Positions 26,230-39,993 of a DNA stretch of 64,000 nt are shown one piece after another. The stretch is from Vicugna vicugna (taxonomy: Eukaryota): assembly GCA_013265495.1 (NCBI GenBank), contig MU058844.1:7811260-7875259 (forward strand), in the 5' to 3' direction. The notes beneath the pieces are model-generated. The model ran no database searches. It worked only from the letters and a program-made list of their open reading frames with translations, and was not told the origin of the DNA. Numbering within the stretch: position 1 is the first letter of the stretch; each line of letters opens with the position of its first letter. The position numbers were made by a program, and so were the translations under genes.

Positions 26230-27480
26230 ATATGGAGAAGGACAGGATTATTTCTTCCTAAGCACAAAAGCAGGGAAGTTTTTCACAAAGAAGAGGATAC
26301 TTGTATTGTAATTTATAAGTGAGTAGAATTTTACCAGTCTAAGAAGAAAAGACAGTCACTGCAAGAAGAAACAAAATGATCAAAAACATAAAAGTAGTGA
26401 GCTTTTCAACATCTTATTCCTTGAATTATTATTCAAGAGGTGATGTATGACCCACAGTGGCAAGAATGGGGAAAAAAGCACCAGGAGAATACATTGAAAA
26501 GGTCAGGTAGAAATAGGATTTGAACAGCTTTGAGACAGGCTAAATGAGTTCAAATATGTTTTTTATGGCAGTCAGAAACTGAACTAAAGATTTGGTAATA
26601 AGAGTGGAAAGAAGAGGAGAGATCAGGAAAAAAAATTCTAAAGTAGAATTAGGAGGGTCTGCTGTTGATTTGACATAGACAGTAATGGGTGGAAGTGAAA
26701 TTAGAAAGCAAAATGAGATGAAGGATGATGTGGAAACCTGGGAAGTACCAACAACCACAAATAGACTCAAAATAGTATGTGGAAGATGCTGAGAATAAAC
26801 TAACATGCGAAACAGGAGTAGCAACAGCCTGAGAGAAGTCATTGATATAAGTTCTGTACATGTCAAAAGCATTCATTTTGAGAAAAAAATCATTAGATGT
26901 TGTAACCGGAGCAGAGCTGTTGACCACCGAGAGCAATTTCAACAGAAAGTTCTATTCAGACTACTGTATGTTGAGGAATGACCAAGGGACTGAAGTGGGC
27001 AACAGCAATGGTGAACTTAATCTTTTTTAAGAGGTAAGTAGAAGGAAAGCAAACTTGTGAACAAATGGAGGTCCAGGGAATTTTTTCTTTTGTAATATTT
27101 ATTTGGTGTGATTTTGTGTTACATGAGCAAGTCAGTGATGGTCAGAATCTGAAATGACAGAGTCAATACGAAGAAAATGGAAGACATTATGGAAAGAGTG
27201 GAGTCAACAACAGATCAAAGCCACAGATGAGATGGGAGTGGATGAAAAGACCATATTCTTCAGACTAATAGGAGTAAAAATTGGGAAAGGTGTAGTTTGG
27301 AGAAAATTTGAGCAAGCCCATTTTATTCAATCAAGACCAAAAGGTCATCTTCTGACAGTGAAGGCTCAAGGATGGATGGAAGAGCTTAAGGAAAATGGTA
27401 ATGGTTCGTGTCAGAAACAGGAAAGAGAATTGAAGAGGGATAAAGTTGCCAAGCAAAAGTGTCTTTAAAAGGCCAAAAGA
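26230..27480 (-). mobile_element. Degraded L2
   Basis: Purine-rich antisense L2-like text (gagatgaaggatgatgtggaaacctgg, gaccaagggactga). Confidence 0.5.
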
Positions 27481-27536
27481 AGTGAGTAAAAGCATATCAC
27501 TTTACCAGGTTTAGAAGGAAAGCTTATCAGACTTAC

Positions 27537-27597
27537 AGTTGAAATTAGATTGATCCAAAAGCGCAGATACCTCTGAAATACGAGAATGTCCAAGAAT
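27537..27597 (-). CDS. Candidate coding exon (61 nt; alternative acceptor gives 27537-27572, 36 nt)
   Basis: ttgcttttaag|ATTCTT (or tctcgtatttcag|AGG)...TTCAACT|gtaagt; consensus donor; open frame ILGHSRISEVSALLDQSNFN ending in phase 1, compatible with 682-746. Confidence 0.3.
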
Positions 27598-28136
27598 CTT
27601 AAAAGCAATGTTTTCTCATTTCCCAAACACCCTCAATTGCAAGGCATATCATCAATTAAAGGACAACTTTCAGGGATAAAAACAAAATTAACTATATCTG
27701 GCAATATTCTTTTGTAATCCATGACTCATCCAGGTTCTAGAAATACTAAAATGTATTTGAGGAAACACATTTATCTCTTAAGGAGACAGGTCTTTTCTTT
27801 GAATCCCTTTGTATTCCCAGCAGACCCACAACACTCAGAGTAGGATCTCCCTAAGTTTATTTTGCTACCTAAGTTCTTGATGATTTTTAATTTTTCATTC
27901 CAAGGAGATAAAGTCTTGGTGGTAACTAACAATGAATAAAATGGAAAAGAAAAACTGTCTTCTCACCTAATGCAGACTAACAGATGTTTCTAAGGAAGAT
28001 TCCCTTTGAACTCGTAACACAAGATTTGTGATCACGTAATTATGGCATTAAAAGAAGGAAAGTTGATGTTTTGCAACACGTAGAAAAGGCTTAACTAACC
28101 AACAGCCGAAATTCAGTTGCAAGGAAAATATTTTAC

Positions 28137-28166
28137 CTGAGTAGGCAAAAACTACTTTAAAGTATA
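28137..28166 (-). CDS. Candidate 30-nt micro-exon (phase 1 to 1)
   Basis: attctttattgcttctag|TATACTTTAAAGTAGTTTTTGCCTACTCAG|gtaaaa; frame YFKVVFAYS. Confidence 0.15.
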
Positions 28167-30235
28167 CTAGAAGCAATAAAGAATATGAAAACACATTATG
28201 TTATAATTACAAATCTGTGGTATTTATTCTTCAGACCATTCCTAAGGGGTCACTATTGGGCAATAACTTTGATGTCCTAAATTGAGATGCTACAATAAAG
28301 ACTTAAAAGTAATAAAACTATTTATACTTAGAGTTTTCTGTGATTGTGTCTGCTGTTAATTTCAGTCTTTTCCCAAGGATTATTCTGCATTAATAAGAAA
28401 CTCAGTTCTGTCTAGACGGCTCAGTGTTCTGAATAACCCCTGCCCAGCCCCTGTCCCAGCTCCCCATCTTATCATCCAACCCAAAGGCTCTCATGTCTGC
28501 CTGATAGCTCTGATATAGTCTTGTGATCTCATATCTAGATTCTGCCTTGTCCTTTTGGAATGATGCCTCATTGGACTCGCTGCCTCAAATTTCATTTCCA
28601 GATTTGTCCCCTCAAAGCTGCCTTTTAGATTCCACTAGATGTCATAGTCTAGCGTCTCCAAGCCAGCCCTGTGGTTCCATCCTGCCTGCCTGAAGGCTCA
28701 GACAATGTCCCTGGGGCTCACTCAGACTCTGAGCTCCTTGAGAACAAACGCAGTGGTTGATGTATATGAGAAACTCCATTAATAATGAGTTAACAAATGA
28801 ATCTAGCCCAGGCCCAGCAACCAGAGTATTGCTTCTCCAGGGAAGATGTTCAGACAAGTTCCCCTTTTCTAGACTACCTCACTCCCTGGTACAAAATCAG
28901 CGCTGCCTTCTGTATTTGCAAAATTATACAGCAATTAGATTAACACGATTTCCAGCTCATTTAGCCTCCAGAAAACTCTAGAAGAGATCTAAGGGTTTTG
29001 ATGTCTCATGCTGATGAGCAAAAATGGCTGAATGCCACTTCCAAAGGGCAAGGATCTCAAGAATCCCTGAAAGATTAGAGCAGTTGGGTAGTCCTTCCGC
29101 CCATGAAATCCGAAAGGTACATTTATGAGACATAAACCCTGTCAGCTTTTAAGTATTCATGTCCTGAATCGCCAATTTAAGCCACAAGGGGAGACTTTGA
29201 AGCCTTTCCAACAGAAATTTCCTGGAATTTTTCAACCAATTCAGTTTAATTTAAGGCAGAATGTTAGCATCGTCAATGAACTTGAAGAAAAGGAGGAGGT
29301 CATGTAAGTCAGTGCTCAGAAACTGATGAGTACTGTACTTCAAAGAAAATAAATCTCTTCTGATGAGTCTGACAGGAAGCATGGTGATGGGAAATCTGTA
29401 CCTGAAAATGTGGTTAGTGAGCAGAGTTCAACTGTATTTCTTCCCCGAATTGTATTCCTTCTCCATCTGGAGCCTAGAAACCTAAGCTCTTCGTGGAGAA
29501 TATCTTTCTAAAGAGCACAACAATCAGGGTAAATGTCATCTTCATTAATCATCCTCTCATATAATAGAGTCAACTGTAAAATTGTATGAAGTCTAATTTC
29601 CTGAGGAGATGAGGGGTTACAGCGACGCGGAGCAACTATCAGACCTAAATGTTAACTAAAGCAAGGATCTCTCCTCACGTGCCTCCAACTGTTACAGCTC
29701 CTGCAATTTTCTCTTTTTTCCTCCATTCTCCCCTCTCCCCACCACACTCTACGGAAAAACACCATCAAGGAGAAAACTAAAAATGACCCTTAAATGAAAA
29801 GGTCATTTTAGAGAGAAAAGCACACTCTGGGAATCCTCTATTTTATCAAATGGGACTGACTTTTCCATCTACCCAAAGTACTATAAATATCAAATTTAAA
29901 ATAATCTGTGACAAATTATCACTGGCATGTTCTTCTCTGACGTTCACAAAAAGGAAATATTCTAAAGCAACCTACTGGCGTGACACAGCACTTGGAAAGG
30001 GCTCCTCAATCCACTGACAGTGTTTTCATGGACAAAAATACAAGTTCTGTTGAAGCTCCTTCTGTCACCTGTGACAGCATCAGGAGTACTATCCTCTATT
30101 GGCTTTTAAGTGAAATGACAAGTTACCAGTTGTTTACGTAATGTAAAATCAATTGAAATATTAGCACGGAACAGAATAATGGATTGAAGAATGAACAAAA
30201 CAAAGGTGGGATTTACTGTCAGAAAGACCAAATAC

Positions 30236-30255
30236 ACATACACACACACACACAC
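30236..30255. repeat. (CA)n microsatellite
   Basis: Directly visible. Confidence 0.85.
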
Positions 30256-30361
30256 AGAAACCCAAGAGCAATAGCAACAAGAAAAATCCTTATTATACTG
30301 CAATCAACAGAAATCTGTAACAGATTCAATAAAATGAGTATATACATCAAAGTGTATTTTT

Positions 30362-30575
30362 GTTTTGCAAACTCTTTTTGTAAAAGGCCAAATAGTAAAT
30401 ATTTTGGATTTTATGGGCAATATGCTCTTTCACAACTAGTCAACTCTGCCTTGCAGTGTGAAAGCAGCTGTTGACAAATGCCACCAAAATGGCATGGCTA
30501 CATTTCAAAAAGATTTACCCACAAAAATAGGTGGCAGGCCACATTTAGCCAGGGGACCACAGTCTGCCTGTCTTT
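30362..30575. mobile_element. MER58A-like hAT MITE
   Basis: gcaaactctttttgtaaaaggccaaatagtaaatatttt...caactctgccttgcagtgtgaaagcagc...aggtggcaggccacatttagcc. Confidence 0.85.
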
Positions 30576-30811
30576 GATTTATACCAGCGCATGTTACCTG
30601 TTGGGCAAGCAATATACACTGGCAAAATTTGAATGAATAAGTAGGTACATAGTGGATAGGACTTTTGAACACTTATATGCAAATACATCTGTTTTAACAG
30701 GAAAGAACTGTTTCATGGGGTCTAACTAAATAATAAAATCTTAATTTAGTACTGGAAGTGACCTTAAAATATCTAAATATCAACTCATTAATTTTACAGA
30801 TGTCTTTCAAG

Positions 30812-32797
30812 TTCCTGTTAATATTGATATCTGACCCCTTCCCATGAATCAGGAATGTTCTTAATGGCATCTAGAATACTGAATACTTTCCAAAAGGTTT
30901 TCAGTTTACTTTGCCAGATTCATCAAAGTCACTATCTGTAATAGCTATAGCCTTGCAAAATGTATTTCTTAAATAAAAAAATTTGAAAGTCTAAATTATT
31001 CCTTGGTCCATGGGCTACAATCAAAGGCACGAAAATACCAAGAATCTCATTGTACATTTCCCTCAGAGTTCTTGGGTGACTAGGTGCATTGTCAATGAGC
31101 AGTTAATATTTTGAGGAAAAAAAATCTTTTTTTGTGAGTAGTAGCTCTCAATAGTGGGTTTTAAATATTCAGTAAACCATGTTGTAAATAGATGTGCTCT
31201 CATCCTAAATATATTGTTCCATTTAGGGAAAAATTCTTAAGGGCGCTAGGATTTGGGGAATAGCAAATGAGCACTGGCTTAAACTTATAGTCACCAACTG
31301 AATTAGCCCCTAATAAGAGTCAGTCTGTCCTTTGAAGCCATGCATTGACTTCTCCTCTGTAGCTATGAAAGTCCTAGATTGTATTTTCTTCCAATAGAAG
31401 ACTTTTATCTACATTGAAAATCTGTTTTTTGTGCAGCCGTCTTCATTAATGATCTTGGCTAGATATTCTGGATAACTTGCTGTTTCACCTTGAGCTTTGA
31501 TGTTATGGAAACAGCTTCTTTCCTTAAATCTGATGAATCCACCTCTGCCTGCTTCAAACATTTCTACAGCTTCCTCACCTCTCTCAGCCGTCATAGAATT
31601 AAAGAGTGAAGACCTCGCGCTGAACTAGGTTTTGCCTTAAAGGAATGTTGTGGCTGTTTTGATTTTCTATTCAGACCACTAAAACTTTCTCCATATTAGC
31701 ATCAGGCTGTTTAAACTTCTTATCATTCAATTCACTGGAGTAGCACTTTTAATTTCCTTTAAGAACATTTCCTCTGCATTCAAAAAACTTGGCTAACTGG
31801 CTGGTGCAGGAGGTCTAGCTCTTGGCCTGCCTCGGTTTTCAACGTGCCTTCCTCACTAAGCTGAATCCTTTCTAGCTTTATACTTAAAGTGAGAGACTAT
31901 GACTCTTCCTTTCACTTGAACACTTAGAAGCCTTTGTAGGGTTATTAATTGGCCTAATTTCAATATTGTGTCTCAGGGAATAGAGTCCTGAAGAGAGGAA
32001 GAGAGACTGGGAATGGCCAGTTGGTGAACACACACAACACTTATCGATTAAGTTCATCATCTTATACGGGGCGCAGTTCATGGTCACCCAAAACCGTTAT
32101 AATAATAACATCAGAGATCAAAGATTACAGATCACCATAACAAATACCATAATAATGAAAAAGTATGAAATCCTGCAAGAATCCAGCAACATGAGTCGAC
32201 CTAAAGTTTATCATATTAAGTGAAGAAATTCAGACAGAGAAAGACAGATATCATATAACATCACCTATACATGGAATCTAAAAAGAGACAGAGAGAGACA
32301 AATGGACATATTTACAAAATAGAAAAAGATTCACAAAGAAAGCAAACTATGGTTACCAAAAGGGAAAGGTGAGGGGAGGGATAAATTAGGAGTGCGGGAT
32401 TAGCAGGCACAAACTACTGTATGTAAAATAGATAAACAACAAAACCCTATAGTATCAGAAAGGGAACTATATTCAATACCTTGTAATAACCTAAAATGAA
32501 AAAGTATTTGAAAAAGAATATGTATATATACTCACTATGCTATACACCAAGAACTAACACAACATTGTAAATCAACTATACTTCAATTTAAAAAAATTAA
32601 AAATAAGAAATATTTCAAGAATCACCAAAATGTGACAGAGACACAAAGTGAGTAAATGCTATTGGAAAAAATGGTGCTGATACACTTGCTTGATGCAGTG
32701 TTGCCACAAACCTTCAGTTTGTAACAAAACAAAACCAAACCCTAAATTATCTGTGAAGCACAGTAAAGCAAAATGCAGTAAAATGAGGCATGCCCAT
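30812..32797 (-). mobile_element. Tigger1 (pogo) DNA transposon, 5' part with degenerate transposase
   Basis: ORF 31409-31594 ([25 protein letters not shown]...[14 protein letters not shown]) matches the Tigger1 transposase; a TIR-like end aaaatgaggcatgccc lies at about 32781-32797. Confidence 0.9.
32184..32606 (+). mobile_element. L1 3' end inserted in Tigger1, degenerate 17-bp TSD
   Basis: L1 3' UTR (atggttaccaaaaggg...actaacacaacattgtaaatcaactatacttcaat, poly-A), flanked by gaaatcctgcaagaatc (32167-32183) and gaaatatttcaagaatc (32607-32623). Confidence 0.85.
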
Positions 32798-35789
32798 ATC
32801 TTTAAACCATAGATGGAAACCTATACCTACATAAAGTGGTAAACCCAGATGTTTCATAGCACCGAGGACCCTGAACCCCCAGGTATGTGGTCCCCGGATC
32901 TCCCTGTTTCTGATCTTTGGGCTAAGCCACTCAGTTCCCTAATCCAAAGTCCTTGGATCTCAGTACCAGGATCTATGGCGCTAGAATCCACAGGTACTTC
33001 TCTCTTAAGGCTCCACAGACAAGAGTTCCACAGAGGACAGCATACAATGTCAGGGAGGCAGATGTTAGAAAGCAGCAGAGCAGCAATAACAGCTAATATC
33101 AAGTGCCTCCCTGTCTGGCACTGTGCCACCCTTGTCACATGCAGTATTTCATGTCATCTGACAACTGCCCTGTGGAGAAGGTACTTGTACAAACTGGAAA
33201 GCTGAGGTTCAACGCAAGCTCAGTCCTAGCTAGGCTTAATACAATTCAGTCTGATCTGAGCCCTCTGCTCTTTCAGAGTATTCCAGCAACACAAACAGAC
33301 TTGGGAGGTGGGGAAACAAATCCGAAGAAATGCACATATATGGCTGCTGTCCAGTGAGAGCAGGAACTGAGTCCCTGTTGCTGCTCACAGCACCTCCCTA
33401 GGGACATGGTAGCCATTTCCTAGACATTGTTAAATACGAAATAGTTTACCAACATATTCTTCTTTCCACTTTCATATGGTGCCTTTTACATTCATCATGG
33501 CCAAAAACCAACAAGTGAAATAAATATAAAAGTATGTATGTATATGCAGAGTTCTACATTTATCACAATAAGAAATGTCAACCTTTACAAAAGTAGACCT
33601 AAGAAAATATGAGCTTCCATATTTTTAAATGAAAATTAATTGGCCTTGGCTTCAAAATTGTCAGAGAAGGACGATGCATAAATATACGAAGCAGCAAAAA
33701 GAACAAAGAGTTATTGCCAATTACCTTGGAAGATTTTATTCTTGGCTAATTTCACCAAAATCATGTACCAGTTGGATTTATCATATAGGTGATCTTTCTG
33801 CTTTAGAGAGGAGTAACTACTAGAAAAAGGTGCTTATGATTTGCATTCTCTTCAAAAATGAATTTCCCTCATCATGCTGTAATGGGGCAAAGATTAGATT
33901 TAAAAATAGAAATTTGCACTACTGAGGTTGAGGCTGACTGTCATTTTTCCACTGGGACTCCAAATTTCATTTTCAGAACTGAACAGAACATGTTCCAAGC
34001 CCCAATCTTTCTCCTTCACGTATGCAGTAATATCGGTCTCTAAGCATAAACAGGAACTGAACAATGGAGAGCAAACAGTGGGTCTCTCCAACCTAAATAA
34101 AACACCACACAGTTGAATTATGTGTATGATCTCATTGTCAAGAATGAATAGGCTTAGGAGAAAGGGCGTGTGACAAGTAGAGATAAGTAAGGGGAAGAAA
34201 ATAACTCCTCCACCCATATACTCAGCTGGGTCGGAGGACTGGAGAAACAGAAGATTCTCAGGCCTCTGTGAAATGACAGGGGTGCTGGCTAGTTCTGTGA
34301 CATCCTTCTCGCCTCTTTCCCTGTCTTCATTATAGGAACTTTGTTTTGGATTCTGTGCAATATATTTAAGACAAAAACGAAAACCAAAAACCATGGGGTT
34401 TAGAGGTAATCAAACCTGGTCAATCCACCAGGCTCTATCTACCACAAACACAACTTGACATGAAGAAAGTAATTTCTCCAAAATTCAATTTCTTCACCTC
34501 TAGACTGAAGTTAGTACTTGTTTACAGTTTGTTGGGGGGATCTGAAATAATGGTGTCAAATGTCAAGCTTTGACATAGAGTAGATGTTCCTAAATTGAAT
34601 GAAACTGCTGCTGTTCTTGTTATTAGTATTAAGACTATGGTACCAGTAGCAGCGTTAGTAGTAAACTATTTCGCTGGTGACATTAGAATGTACTATCCCT
34701 TTATTATGTAAAAATAAGACGGACAGAGCTGAATTAACCATGTCCTTCTCTTCCGCATTCCTGTATGAGAATTAGGCAGTCAGAGCTTAGGGTTCATTCT
34801 TTTTAGACAGTACCAATCCCTCAGTGTAGCTTCAAACTAACAGCTTAATCACGTAGTTCAAGATCCCTTCTCATGACTCTGTTCCAGGTAATGTGGTGCT
34901 GAAGCCAGTTTTCCAGGGGCTGACAGATGGGCTACGTCATGTTCAAACCCAGCTGGGGCCACGCCCCAGTAGTTCACTCCTCAGCTGATAGAATGATAGT
35001 GATTATGATCAAAAATCTCAAATTCACTTTTAATTCACAGCTTTTCTTAGAGCAAGCCTCAATATTTAAATCTGCAGAAAATCATAGCAAAAATAAATTT
35101 AGGCATTGACTACTGCCTATTAAGTCTCTCAGTCACCGTCACTGCAGCTAAAGACTGAAACATTGGGAAATAATATCAGTATTGCATAAAAGAACCCCGT
35201 GGGAGGAAAGATTTTGATTAGAACTCAACACTCAAGTTCAGAAAGTAACAGAATGAAAGAAAATTCCCAACACGTTATTGCAAAAGGCAACTTTTTTGTT
35301 TTACCAGTTGGACAGCACATTAGGTCATTAAAAGTTTGTTCCTCACAAGACTGTAAGGCTTGTAGACTCGTACTAGCCCTCTGCCTTTGCAAAACTGTGA
35401 AAGACAGCACTTCCCACTGAATTAGAAACAATCTGAACTGACAGAAACATAGTCTCCTACACAGTCTCCTACGTTCTTCTCTATAATCGCTTCTTTCTGA
35501 ATTAAATGATCAGTTTGAAGGATCTCAAAAAGGCATCCCTTTACTTTCCAATGTGTGTGATCTTAACTTGAACTTTATGTCACTTGAGGCCATGCAGAGT
35601 ATAGCCCTGTTCAGATACCAGGAAGATGACAGCCCAGCTTTGCAATCTTCCAACAGCCAGTGTTGGCTTTCTGTGAAAGAAGGTGGATAGTTCCCTTGCA
35701 ATGTCCTCTGTTTCTCATTTGAATGTATTATTTAGTTCTATGTGCTATTTATTTCTCTAGCTGCTTGATTCCTTTAGATGAGTCCTCAA

Positions 35790-36010
35790 ACCAGGATCCC
35801 CAAACGTCTCACTTGGGGCTAGCTTTGCTCCCCAGGTTTTACTTGACGATGTCTGGAGTTATTTTTGACTGTCACAACTAGGGGGTGCTACTGGCATCTA
35901 CTGGGTAGAGCTCAGAAAAGCTGCTTAACATCCTACAATGCACAGGACAGTCCTCCACAATAAATAATTATCAGACCACATATATCAATAGTGCCATTAT
36001 TGAGAAATCC
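35790..36010. mobile_element. MER20 hAT MITE
   Basis: tgtctggagttatttttgactgtcacaactagggggtgctactggcatctactgggtagag...catcctacaatgcacaggacag...tgagaaatccc. Confidence 0.85.
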
Positions 36011-36039
36011 CACAAAAAGGAAGCAATGGATATTTTAAA

Positions 36040-36626
36040 TGTCAGGGAGAAAGAAACATTCCTCCACCTTTTTGAGTTCTTCTGGCTGGTCTATGAATTA
36101 ATTTGACATGAGACAGATTAACAGGAGAAAAATCAAATAAAAGTTTTACTAATATGTTTACATGAGAGAGACCCAGGAAACCTGAGTAACTCGCCAAAAT
36201 GGCCAAGACCCTCACTTTAAATACCATCTTCTGCTAAGGACAAAAGAGGATGTTAGGGGTAGTGGTCTGGAACTTTAAAAAGGAGGAAGGCAATTCACAG
36301 GGTGATGGAAAAACAAGTATTTGGTAAAAGCAAATATTTGGTAAACAAGTATTTGCTGGGCTATGCACACACAATGGGACACAGAGTGAACTCTGATCTC
36401 TAGGCCCTGTCAGTTTCCCCTCCATCCCTAGCCCATATTCTTTGTAATATCTCTGCTGATAGCTCTATTCTGGGGACAAGGTCCCTTATTAAAATTCTTT
36501 TAAGCAGTTAAGGGGGAGGTACCAAGAAAAACTTTCTGAGTCCTCTGTTTCTTAAAAATAATCAGCCTAAGTGAATCCTCATGTCTAAGAGACAATTTTT
36601 AGGGTGACAAATTTTGCTCCCCTATA
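36040..36626 (-). mobile_element. Solo LTR, MER34-like ERV1 (same family as the LTRs at 45995 and 50010/53361)
   Basis: Reverse complement aligns with 45995-46553; flanks taaa/taag look like a 4-bp TSD with one change. Confidence 0.85.
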
Positions 36627-37799
36627 TAAGCTATTTTTAGTAACATTTAAAAATTTAATATGTGCTTATCTAAGATCACAATGCACAAGCTAACCAGAAT
36701 CTAATTTTTTGTTTGTTTTCATTTGAATTCTTAATAAATCAGAGTAATGTTGCTCCTTTCATGCTCATGAGAAGCTCTGATAGGCAGCTGACTTGTATTA
36801 TTATAATGGGAAATTAGTTATTAATAAGTGCAAACTAGCAATTTTTTTTCAATTTTGAAGGTCAATGGAGGAATGAACAGATGAGAGTCATACTGACTAC
36901 TGATAAAGTCGATAATCACTGACATAGGTCTTAGTATCACAGAATATTTCATCTTATGTGAAAGGTAGTAATAGTTCTTTTGAAAAAAATTAATTTCCAC
37001 AGTTCTTCTTTTATTCTGTCTTGAATTTCACAATAGTCCACATAGTCACGTACAACCTGTAGTTTCAGTTTTCATCATTTATCTCCCTGCTCACTTGTTA
37101 CTAAGTGTATGGGTCTCTGTATGGAACTTTCAAACTTTGAAAGCATGTTCTCAGTTGTAAGTAAGAAAATCATTCTCTTAACCCAACCATTCTACTTTCC
37201 CATCTCTCTCTCCCTTTCACTAAACTTTTCAAAGGAAAACTCTTCTCTCTACTCCTGTGGTTTGATTTTAATTCTGATCTAAAAGAACCACCCTGACCTA
37301 TGTCAACAGCAATATTCCTCTGATAATTTATCAAGTTTACTTCCATCTCCATCTGCCCTGACACATAAAGTAGGCAAAAAGAAGTGAGAATGGTGAGGAC
37401 AGTTGACCCATTTTTTAACCCTCACACATGTCCAGCAGCATTATGCTGTTTCCAAGTTAGAATCTGGGCGATATCTTTTCATCCCCACAGCCTATCCTTA
37501 CCCTATTCCTGCTTAGACTTTGCTAAGTCCCTTTACTTCCTGTGAGCCATGTTTTTGTAAAGTCCTGAAAAACATACTTCTTTTTTGACATCCTGTTCTC
37601 TAGACTCTATAAGCTTCTGCTACCTCTTAGAAGAGCAGAGTGGCCACCCTGCTCTCCAAAGATGCCATTCTAGAAGGCCTGCAATTTGGAGAGGCTCCGA
37701 ATCAGCAAAGAACAATTTTTCTGAAGAGGTGACAAAATTACATCATGATCACTATCAAGAGTGCGGTTCCCAAAATACAAAGACCATGGGTTATAAATT

Positions 37800-38130
37800 T
37801 TCATTAAATTATTTGATCAACTGCACACAGTGTGCCAGGACCCAGGTGAGGTGCTGGTGAAATAGACATGACCCTCCCTCAAAGGGCTATAAGCCCTGTT
37901 AGAGAAACCTATGGGTAAGCAAATGATTGCTAAAACAATGTGACACACGGTGTGCCAGAGATATACAAAGAATATTGAAATACAACACATGCAATAGAAG
38001 CATAAAGGGACAGTAGTCAACCCTAGAGGAGTAGGAGAGGGGAAAGTTGGGAGAAAGGGAAACTGAAGTTGGGTCTTGAAATACTTCAAGCAGCAGTTTA
38101 TCAAGCAAAGGGAAGAGGCCTTTCATTTAA
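37800..38130 (-). mobile_element. L2 3' fragment
   Basis: ttcattaaattatttgatc...tgtgccaggacccagg...aatagacatgaccctccctcaag. Confidence 0.6.
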
Positions 38131-39993
38131 GCTTTCTTATTTCAAAAACTAGAAAACATTAAAACTAGAATACTTTTTTTTCTCTTTTTTGCTAACAAAA
38201 GAGAAAAAGGCTATGCTCATAACATCTTCCACCTAAAATTTTCTGTAATCCTATACTATTCCCTCAATCTCTGTGTAAGATACAATTTACTCCCTAAGTA
38301 GAAGCTAGCAGTGTCTCTGATGTCTCGCTCTTTTTCCTTCAGCTTTTTATATCTGTCCCCATTTCCTCAATTGTATTTTCTCTGGACCCTTTCTTGACGA
38401 CTACTCTTCAATTACCTAGAGACATCTTTCTCCATGTCCAACCATCTAACTGCTACCTCAGTAGCAAAATGCCTTATTGGGTACAACCTGATCTCCAGGG
38501 CACTTTTGCCCAGGGCACTTTGTCAGAAGAAATAAATTTAGTTTGAAGAGACTTTTATTCTTTAGGTATTAATTCTACTTTCCTTTTACTACAATTGGGT
38601 CCATAGAGAGGCCAAATTTTCCAGCTGGATATTTGGTCTCTGTCTCAATATTTGACTTAGGAAATTTTCAGATAGAAGGAAGGCACAAAAACCTTAGTCA
38701 AGGCAAATTTTCACTCAGAAAATAAGATTTTATGGTAATAGTCCCGTTTAAACCTTGCTTTTATTTTATAAACATAATCAAAAGTCACTTGAGCTTCCTT
38801 TGGAACTTTCTAGAGCTAATCCTTTTTCAGAGTCCCTCTGGTGCTTAAGCAAATGGTTAGCACTAATTGTTTCCCACCTTGGGGAAAACATTTGTTGTGG
38901 AAGAATTAACTGAATCTACAAAGCAGCTACGTTCTTATTTTGGACTCCTACCATCTCTAATCTCCACAATGTCCTGAGCCCGGTGCCCAGGCAGGCGTGG
39001 TATTTTTAGTATCCTTCCCCAAAATATCCTCTGAAAAGCAGTTTGTCTGATTTGGAAATAATGTATTTGTTAAGTGGATTTTAGCAATAATAATAATCTC
39101 TTACTTTAAGTATCATGTATTTATACTATACACACACACACAAACACAAATTTAAATTAAATGAGAGAAACATGTAATAGCTTGCAAGGAAATTAAGAGA
39201 GTAATCTATCCTAGCCATGCTCTCATTTTATAGATAAAGCAACTGATTTCTAGAAGCTCAAAAACTACTCAAAATCATATAAGCTAGCTGATGGCAGAAT
39301 TAGATTGAACTGATACCAAGAACTCCTCATTTCTACTCCAAAGCCTTGTCCACATTCTGTATTTTATAATTAACTTGTGGGGTAAACAGAGTTAATTATG
39401 TTACCATCATTTTGTAGAGATGACAAAAACAAGTATGTGCTTTGAAGCTCTGGGAGACATCTGCAACACAGGGATGATTAGACGAGAAAATGCTTATAAA
39501 GTACAGTGCCCCGAATACAACATATTATCAGTAAATATCAGCTTTTGTAGTTGCTACTCTCATAGCTGTTTTGCTGTTGAGGTAATGGTTTGTAGCGTTT
39601 ATTGTCACTCACATGTCATAACTACTATAAAGATAGGTGCCAAAATTATTTATGATCAAATTATTTCATCCAGCATCTTGCGTCCCAGGGATTCTTAGCT
39701 TGGGGTCAATGAGCCTCAGGGTTTCATAAAATGTTTTAGGAAATTTATAAATGCCCAGAGATGTGTAGTAAATTTTTTGTGTCTGTATGTTTGGAATTTT
39801 TTTTTTCCCCTTGGGGGGAGAAGTGATAGCTTTCATCAATTCTCAAGGTTTATCCATATTGTTGAATGTATCAGTGTTTCATTCCTTTTAATTAGTGAAT
39901 AATATTCCATTACCGTTGACCTTTGAACAATGTGGGTTTGCACTATGTGCAATTTCAAGATTAGGCAAACCAGGTAGCCAGCTCCACAGAAGG

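Noticed and set aside
33900..34394. Longest ORF (164 aa, minus strand)
   Set aside because: No domain-like content or recognisable similarity; length is compatible with chance in 64 kb across six frames.
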